From NCBI RefSeq assembly GCF_006345805.1, contig NC_043017.1, positions 682,001-746,000 on the forward strand: 64,000 nucleotides of DNA, read 5' to 3'. Under the pieces are notes generated by a model. It was not told the origin of the DNA. It saw only the letters and a program-made list of their open reading frames with translations, and did not search any database. Shown here piece by piece: positions 55,099 to 64,000 of the stretch; position 1 is the first letter of the stretch; the number at the start of each line of letters is the position of its first letter. The position numbers were made by a program, and so were the translations under genes. The DNA is from Octopus sinensis. Lineage: Eukaryota.

Positions 55099-56530
55099 GT
55101 ATATATATAATATATAATATATATATATATATATATATAATATATAATATATATATATAAGCTATATATATATAGCTTAGTCTAACTGTGTCTCCTAATC
55201 ACATAGATTCCGACTCGCAGCCGCTGTGTCGCTGTCTTTATTAAAGCAACCACTTGTGTAGCTCTATGTGGTGCCAGATTTTGGCCGGAAGTAAACTGTG
55301 CAACCAGAAGTGGTTCTGCTGTATGTGTCTGATGTGGTGCAGTGAATCGGTGCGACAAACAACGGAGTATTTATGTTTGGCAATGTATCCGGTTTCGTTA
55401 TATTTAGCTAAGTTGACAATGATTTTTCTAACTTAGGTCATCGACGAAATAAGCAGGAGATAACGTACTGACATCGGTCTACTCAGCCATGGAAACCCTT
55501 GAAAATATTTCTACAGCATGGCTGCAAACCAATGATGTAAATGAGTAAAATAAACGAAAGTGCACATACACACATAACACATTTGCACGCTCACATAAAC
55601 ACACACATACACTCACATACAAACACATATACACAAACACACACACATCTATATATACGTATACGCTCACATATAGAAATTGAAGACGTTTTTGTTCGCT
55701 TTTGTACATTTGTCTTCTTTTTGTGTTTTTTTGTTTATCAAAATCCTTTATTTGTGTGTCACGTGACATATTTCGAATTCAACGTCGAAGCAAGTTTGTA
55801 TTATTTCGTTGTTTTCACATAAATTGATGATTGCTATCACGAAAGCTATAAATCTTTGAAAGAATAAAAATGAAATAGAAAACGTAAAGAAAGGAAAGGA
55901 AGAAAGAAAGTAAGAAAGAAAGGAAGAAAGAAAGAAAGAAAAAAAGAAAAAAAGAGAAGGAAAGGAGGAGAAGAAGGAAAATAAACTCCCATAATGCAAG
56001 TATTGAAGATTACTGCAAAAGATTAAGTTTGCTGCAGGCTGCACCAATATCATTTAAATGCAGCAGCAGCAGCAAAAGCAACTACAAATATAACAACAAC
56101 AACAACAACAACAACAGTAGCGCCAACCACAACAACAAAAACAAGAGAAAAAGATAAGAAGTCGTTGAATCGGTAAACGACAACTGTAACGTGAACAAAG
56201 GCTATAACAGCCACGAAATTAACAAGAACTATATCAATAAGAACAACAACAAAGTCGACGACGACAACAACAACAACAACAACAACAATAACTTCTTAAA
56301 AGACAGAAAATATTATAACGTAAACACATCGAAATATTTTGAATTGGTAGAGTTTATGAAACCATTAAGTAATGTTTCGTAAGTTGATGTTTGGAAGACA
56401 AAAAAATGATATATTTTAAAGTTCGGCCCTAGGGGATCAGTTGTAATAATAACAGCAATGATTGTGATAATAATAATAATGATAATAATAATAATAATAA
56501 TAGCAGGCGCAACAGCAACATATTATAATT

Positions 56531-56722
56531 AAGGCGGCGAGCTGGCAGAAACGTTAGCGCGCCGGGCGAAATGCGTAGCCGTATTCGTCTGCCGTAACGT
56601 TCTGAGCTCAAATTCCGCCGAGGTCAATTTTATCTTTCTTCCTTTCGGGGTCGATAAATAAAGTACCAATTGCGTACTGGGGTCGATATAATCGACTTAA
56701 TCCGTTTGTCTGCCTTTGTTTG
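56531..56722 (+). mobile_element. tRNA-SINE family A
   Basis: aaggcggcgagctggcagaaacgttagcgcgccgggcgaaatgc, colinear with 2563-2794. Confidence 0.9.
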
Positions 56723-56977
56723 TGCTCAATTTATCGACGAAAGTTTTGGCACAAAATAAACAATATTAGGTGGGGGTGATTAGTCAATATCATCAGCCCC
56801 TGTACTTCACTGGTACTCTATTTTATCGACCCCAGCTGGAATGAAAGGCAACGATTGTTTAGGCGGAATTTGAATTCAGAACGTAAAATGTCAAGACAAA
56901 TAACCGCTAATGCTTTAATTGCGAAGAGTCAAAGTTTCCACCAGCGTGAAGTCTTGATAGTAATATTTAAAAACTTT

Positions 56978-57008
<31 letters not shown>

Positions 57009-57597
57009 GGTCATTGGAATTATCAGATAACAAATTATATTGGGAGGAACAATCAATTATTAATAGTGCATTGATACTTGTTCCATTGGCCCACGAAGGC
57101 AAAAAGACAAATTAAACTTTGACCGGTTTTGAAGTCGGAGCGTAAATCGATGTAAAAATGTAGTTGTAACGGTTGAACTTAAGATCATTTTAAGGTAACT
57201 GTTTATAATGTTTTTTATTCGTTTTTTCAATTTCCTGGATCTATTTGTTGGTCGTTACATTGAAAAATTTGTAGTTAGAAGGGGGGGGGGATACGAAAGC
57301 GGTAAGTGCAGTTGGAACAACACATTAAAACATCCAGTCCGAGAGAAAGGAAAAGGACAACAAGACGTGAGAAGCAATGATGCCTCAGTGTGTCTTCAGT
57401 TATTTCATCCTCTCCTTTCCTCTGGTTTTTTCACTCAAAAATATTTTATTGTCTCGATGCCAAAGAAGATGCTAAGCAAAGCTGACCAACAAGGAACTCC
57501 AATTTGCAAAGAAAATCCAATTCAATTTTAACAAATTTGCAATAATTTAGGAAGCGACGTGTAATTTGGGAATTACGTGGAAAGTGCTTCTATACAC

Positions 57598-57795
57598 TCT
57601 TACTCTTACTTGTTTCAGTCATCTGACTGTGGCCACGCTGGAGCACCGCCTTTAGTCGAGCAAATCGACCCCAATACATATTCTTTGTAAGCCTAGTACT
57701 TATTCTATCGGTCTCTTTTGCCGAACAGCTATGTTACAGGGACGCAAACACACCAGCGTCGGTTGTTAAGCGATGTTCGCGGGACAAACACAGAC
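57598..57795 (-). mobile_element. tRNA-SINE family B, 3' part
   Basis: ttactcttacttgtttcagtc...gagcaccgcctttagtcgagcaaatcgacccc. Confidence 0.88.
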
Positions 57796-57810
57796 ACACA
57801 CACATACACA

Positions 57811-57880
<70 letters not shown>

Positions 57881-58339
57881 TATCTGCGCTTATTCATATA
57901 TGTTGGAGCTATGTCCGTTTTTATATTGGAATGTATGTATGAAGGTATGAATGTATGTGTGCATCTATTTGTGTGTGTGTGTATGCGTGTGTATGTATAT
58001 ACATATAAAGAATATGAGGGATTTAGTTCACTGGTTGTCTAAACGAATACGTACACTGCACAAGTGCTGTAATTGGTCACCTGTTAGGTTCCAAGTTCAA
58101 AGATGATGCTGGAGCTAGGGGCCCGCAGTAGGCTTCCGATTTAGCAGGGACATATTACAGGAAAATGGACAAGAAAACCAAAGCAGGACGAGCATCTGAA
58201 GCCAGTTAGAATATTTGATTAGAGAAAGGTGAATTTCAATTGATTAATTAATTACTTAATTAATTAATTTAATTATTGGATGCCTTACAGTTGTTTCTGT
58301 GATATCCCTAGTGATATGTTAGCATCTACATACACTGGG

Positions 58340-58696
58340 CATTCCGTCATCATAGAGAAGGTGAGTATGTATGAACGTTCTAGTCAGGGAATTCCCTGTT
58401 GGAAGTTCTCCATCATCCACCATACTCACCTAATCTTTTACCACTCCTTCCAGAATTTGGATAACTTTGTGATAAGGAAAATATTAAAATCCGATGATGC
58501 TGTAAAACAGGCCTTCCAAAATTTTATTGCCTCTAGATTGCCAGGCATTTACAGTTCCGGTCTGGACAAGCTACCGCTGAAATGGCAAAAGAGTATTGGC
58601 AATATGGGTGCGTACTTTGATGAATAAAACTTTTCATTGTATTTACAAGACATTAGCAAACTTCTTTTCTATTCTACAAATTTCATACTTGACGAC

Positions 58697-58700
<4 letters not shown>
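58340..58700 (+). mobile_element. Mariner 3' fragment, same family as 36094-37314
   Basis: EVLHHPPYSPNL in one frame and ...GLDKLPLKWQKSIGNMGAYFDE-stop in another. It ends in TIR caaatttcatacttgacgacctaa plus TA, the reverse complement of the 36094 TIR. Confidence 0.9.
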
Positions 58701-58730
<30 letters not shown>

Positions 58731-58803
58731 AAGACAGACAGAGAAAGAAAGAGAGAGAAACAGAGAGTAGGAGAGAGGAGGATATCAGATATATGACATT
58801 TGC

Positions 58804-58871
<68 letters not shown>

Positions 58872-59100
58872 TATATATAATACATACATATATATATAAT
58901 ACATACATATATATGTGTGTGTATGTATATATATACATATATATATGCATATATATACATATATATATGCATATATATATAAATCTATATATATGTGTGT
59001 GTGTGTGTGTGCGTGTACAGCCGGACGTATGCTTATACAGAGATTGACAGACAGATAGATAGATAGATAGATCGATAGACACATAGTACATATATACATA

Positions 59101-59150
<50 letters not shown>

Positions 59151-59781
59151 ATTGGATTAATATTAGATTTATTTGGATATGCACAATATGTCTATACATC
59201 CGGAACAACAGCAGCAACAACGACTGCAGTAAAACAACAACGACAACAACAACAGCAACATAACTAACGATTTCTGTTATTGGCACAAAGTACGAGGGAT
59301 GGCAGTAACGAGGGAAAGAAAACCTAATAATAATTGAAACAAAATCTCATTCAATAATTATTGACTTGTCATTGTTAATTATTTATCTTGCCTTCACGTG
59401 TAAAAAATAGGAAAAGATTTACTCCGGAAAATCATTGAAAAAAATTGTTTTGCCGAACAAAATTTTACGATAATAAAAAAAATAGAAAATATACGAGAAT
59501 TTGTATTGATTTTTATTGTTGTGTATAAACACATTGTTTCTTAATATACAGAGTGATTTTCTATAGAGATGACTATAAGATATGTTGGACGCGTTGATCC
59601 ATATTTTCAATGTAGTTCTAATGTCTAAGCATTTAAGCAAGAAAATAGTGTATACCCAACTAACTGAATAGAGAATTCACTCCATAGACTTATGTGTGCG
59701 GGTCATTGTGAGCATATATATATACATGCATACATAGATACATAGATAGATAAATAGATAGACACACACACACACACACAC

Positions 59782-59827
<46 letters not shown>

Positions 59828-59876
59828 TGAATTAAATGAAAGACAGAAGCTGGAATATACGAGAATATATTATTAG

Positions 59877-59976
59877 TCACAACAATTGTTTCGAAACATC
59901 TAGCATCGACTCCTCTCGTGGGACACAAAAAACTGGTTCAGGAGTATTCGGTGGTGCAGACGTATCTCATCGGTGA
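59877..59976 (-). ncRNA. Degenerate type I hammerhead motif
   Basis: Minus strand reads tcac-CGATGA (U4 missing)-long stem II-GAAAC-aatt-GTT-gtga, with stem I tcac/gtga and stem III ACAATTGT. Confidence 0.45.
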
Positions 59977-60173
59977 TAAATAAATAGAAAAAATCGTTAA
60001 CGTGATTGTTGTACAATGCAAGTTTCTGTTTTGTAGAGGGAAAAACAACCAGACGGAGGAAGATTCTTCATATATATAGAAGATCCAAAAATAAAATTGC
60101 AGAAGACAAAAAGAGAAACGAACACTTAATCCAGCAAGAAAAGCATATATACATACATACATACATACATATA

Positions 60174-60207
<34 letters not shown>

Positions 60208-60861
60208 CATTTATGAATTTATACATATCTATACATAATGTATTACCCAAGCAAGGACTCTAACTACATCTCCCGCTTTTAGACACAGAAATCTGACTGA
60301 GAACTAGAAATTACAAGGACCACATACTTCGTTCCCACTCTACCAGACCCGCAGGACGACAGCTATTAAGGAATATATGAATTTGGATATTCTAATAGCA
60401 GACTTAAGGGTGAGGAAAAACATGTCCCGCATGTGCAGCCCAACGGAATTAGAGAGACACATACCATATTTCATCCTCCAAATGCAGTTCTCTCGGTACA
60501 GCCAAAGAGAGCAAATCAGAGGATCTTCCCCTTAAACAGGATTAAGTCCTGTCGTTAATACTACCTGTAATTCTGTATTGATTAGAATGGAAAAATGTGT
60601 CGCTTAAGGACTTCAGTTTGAACAATTTCCATCATGTGTCATATTCAGATGCTTTTATTAAATCCATTCGGTTGTTAAACATAAATAAATCTTGGAATTA
60701 AATGGTTTTTATGTACTGTTAGATGATTTTCCTCCAACCCTGTATATATATATATATATATATATTACCCTTAAACTAGGTTTGTACACTGCATTTAACG
60801 TCTATTTTCTGAACCTTAATGCTTAAATGTTAAATTTGAATCATATATATGCTTGTGTGTC

Positions 60862-60902
<41 letters not shown>

Positions 60903-62470
60903 GCGTGCGTGTGAGTGTGTGTGTATGTGTTTCTGCCTGTAAAAAATATAAAGCTAGATAGATACATAGATATACATAAATGTATACACTTCCTATATTC
61001 TACAGATGTCCGAAGCCCCACATCATAACCTGAGAGGATTTACACCTGTAGCAATTTTATTTTTTATCAGCTGTAAGATACCCGTGATTTCAAAATGTCT
61101 ACGCAAACATTATCCAATAAATCTCACACAATATTTGAAGCTATTCTGGTTTTACAAATTTTAGGGTGTTTGCTGTTATATTTTAGCATAACATGCTACC
61201 ATTTAGCATTCAACTCATAGTGAATTTTCCCCAAAATTTGTTTAATGTCACTAAGTAGCTCATCTTTTTCTGTTGTCAGTAATGGTTGACTTTATTGACC
61301 ACCATTACAGAACAACGTTTGTGGTGCAATCTGATGGGAAGCACGGAATTCTTTAAAGGGACACTTCATACACATGTATATGCTAAAAGCTACACTTGGA
61401 AGCCCATACTCTCACACATATATAGCGAATTTCAAGCCCATCTACTCAAACTGTCATGAAATATCCTATGTAAAAGTTCTTCATTTGAGTTAAAAAGGAC
61501 GATTAAGTTTTATAACATATGTAACATTCCCAAAAGCATTAGTGGTCATATGGAGAGTAAAATGGCTTCAAGCAGAAATGCTTCGCAGCACATTATTTGG
61601 GACACACACACATACACATACACACACACATGTAGGTATGCATGATTGTATGTACATATGTTTATTACAAGAATGCGGATGGGCATTAATGGATGCAAAC
61701 ACGAGGGAATTCGTACTCCATAAAAGCGTAATAATAAACTAAATGAAATTACCACTCAATTTCATTTATCCGTTTTCCCTACTACACTTAGATACATAAT
61801 AGCACACTCAAATGTGTGTGTGGCTATATATATAAATATATGTATACATTTGTATATATATACATATATATGTGTGTGTGTGTGTATGTGCGTGAGCATA
61901 TATAAATATATAAACATATATATACATATATGTACATATGGTTATGTATATTAATATATACATAGTTATATTTATAATTTTAAACGAATGCCCATCGGTA
62001 TATCTATGCATATCTATTTATTTACCTAACTACAGATGCATACACACATATATGGGCAATTATGTGTATAAACATATTAGACGCATTAAATATATTAGCT
62101 ATAATAGATCGGGTAATACAATATATATATATATGCGTGTGTGTGCGTGTGTGTTGTGTGTGTGTGTGTGTGTGAGGGTGTGTGTGTGTGTGTATGAGCG
62201 TGTGCGTGTGTATATATACATGGAAATCGAAATCAAAAGATAGAAACAGTTGATGAATTTTTTAGGTATAAATACATAGATATATATATATTAATAGATC
62301 CAACTTCCACTGAGTACAAAGAGCAGAGAAAATTAAAAGGGTGACAGAAAGGTGTTATCAGATAATCATCCGTTTCTGGAGGCTCGGAGATCCACCTTTA
62401 CACTTCTCTACATATTTGTTCGCCACCTCTCTTTCTTGTATACACATACATACATACATACATATATATA

Positions 62471-62519
<49 letters not shown>

Positions 62520-62797
62520 CACATATGTTTGTAGGTATGTATGTATATATATATAGTATATTTACTACGTAAATGTGGCTAACCCGCAAGGGTCGATGCC
62601 ACTGTAGCTTGTAGCCTCAGGAGGACATCTCCTCTAGCTGGCTATTGACGCACTATCTGTGCCCTATCAGTATTTGCAAAGAGAAGTCATCGCCCCTATC
62701 TCCGGCTTGACGTTAGGCAAATATACTTCACAATGTCGTGCAGCTACTTTTCATAACTCGCTCAGATATATACTATTGCTTATATATAATATATATA

Positions 62798-62862
<65 letters not shown>

Positions 62863-62916
62863 GAGAGAGAGAGATAGACAGATAGATAGATATAGATATA
62901 AATGTATATATATTAT

Positions 62917-62948
<32 letters not shown>

Positions 62949-64000
62949 CGAATATACACATACTCACACACACAGTTATATATATATATTATATGGAATA
63001 AAATTTGTTTAAACATACGACTTATTCGAACGCCATCAAGACTGCGAATACCAAAAGGAGAACCCCGTTTTCGACCATGGAACAGTTCCGTGCAAACAGA
63101 AATTTTAAGGATCCTTCATTATTCACAAAGTGTAAATGAGTAAGTTTAAGAATGGAGGTAACGGTATAATATTTATTCCCTCATTACAACAAATGTAATA
63201 TCCTTTAGATTCTTCGAAATATTGCATCTGTGTCTGTGTGTGTGCGTGTGTTTGTGTGTGTACACATGTCCACATTTTGTTTATATATATACATATATAC
63301 AACATATAAATATATATATGTATATGTATATATATAATATATATATATATTATATATATATATATATGTACATATATATATACATATATATTATATATAT
63401 ATTCACACAGGACCCATACTAACACACACATATGTAGGTATAGATGCGCGTATACATATATTTATAACCATCTTTGCTTCAGCATTTCCAGAGACATATA
63501 AAATTAAAGGAATGCCAAATATATTTCATTTCGTACATTTGTCACTGTTTTGTTGTTTATGATATTGATTTGAATTTCTTTATTCTGTGCTGTTTTACTT
63601 TCTTAAATATTTATCAGAACGCTCTTCACGAATATGAAACCCAGTAAACTGACAAATTTCGACAAAAAACTTTCCCCTTGTAATTCTTTTTTAGTTTTCA
63701 TTTTTTTTAAATTCGTTGTTACATGCAAACAACTTATAAACTTTGAAGGATATATGAAACATTAAATATATTCAGTTTTGCTTTGTTATTCTATCAAATT
63801 CGTTTAATCTATTTTTCTATTCGAGTAGACAAAACAAATATAGAAATAGATGAAAGAAAACGAGATAAAAATTATGCAAAGGAAAAGTCGTTTGCAAAAC
63901 GGCCGATGTTATTTTATCCTTTCACATATCTCCTTCCCCTCCATATTTGATTACAACGTTGAAGTGACATGCTATCATATTATGATAGAAGTTTGCAGGG

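Noticed and set aside
1-64000. The roughly 200 ORFs in the six-frame track with YI/HT/CV/LS/YLSI repeats
   Set aside because: They are translations of (AT)n, (AC)n, (CT)n and (ATCT)n microsatellites, which lack stops in most frames. Others overlap SINEs.
1-64000. CRISPR array or prokaryotic operon
   Set aside because: No regularly spaced direct repeats with unique spacers, and the sequence is clearly eukaryotic.

Overview
This is repeat-saturated, AT-rich eukaryotic DNA, most likely from an octopus/coleoid cephalopod. That assignment is my inference from the tRNA-derived SINE families and the extreme (AT)n/(AC)n/(ATAC)n/(ATCT)n microsatellite load. No protein-coding gene can be called with confidence. 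Almost all ORF-track entries are translations of microsatellites (YI/HT/CV/LS repeats) or of SINEs. The supportable content is: three tRNA-SINE families plus an older SINE, two mariner remnants, CR1/L2-like LINE fragments, a hAT-like MITE, a 100-N gap (11986-12085) and a few weak candidate exons. The most striking signal is a dispersed set of long inverted-repeat elements resembling inverted terminal repeats of Penelope-like elements (PLEs), several carrying type I hammerhead ribozyme (HHR) motifs. One motif is fully canonical (41876-41921, +: ccac-CTGATGA-atgtc/gacat-GAAAC-aatt-GTA-gtgg). Its 3' half lies in one arm of a ~135-bp, ~98% perfect palindrome that could sequester it. Related or partial motifs occur at 5188, 10466, 11148, 18085, 40464, 42363 and 59877, with three different 8-nt self-complementary stem III sequences. 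All structures were read by eye; no folding, alignment or database search was run.
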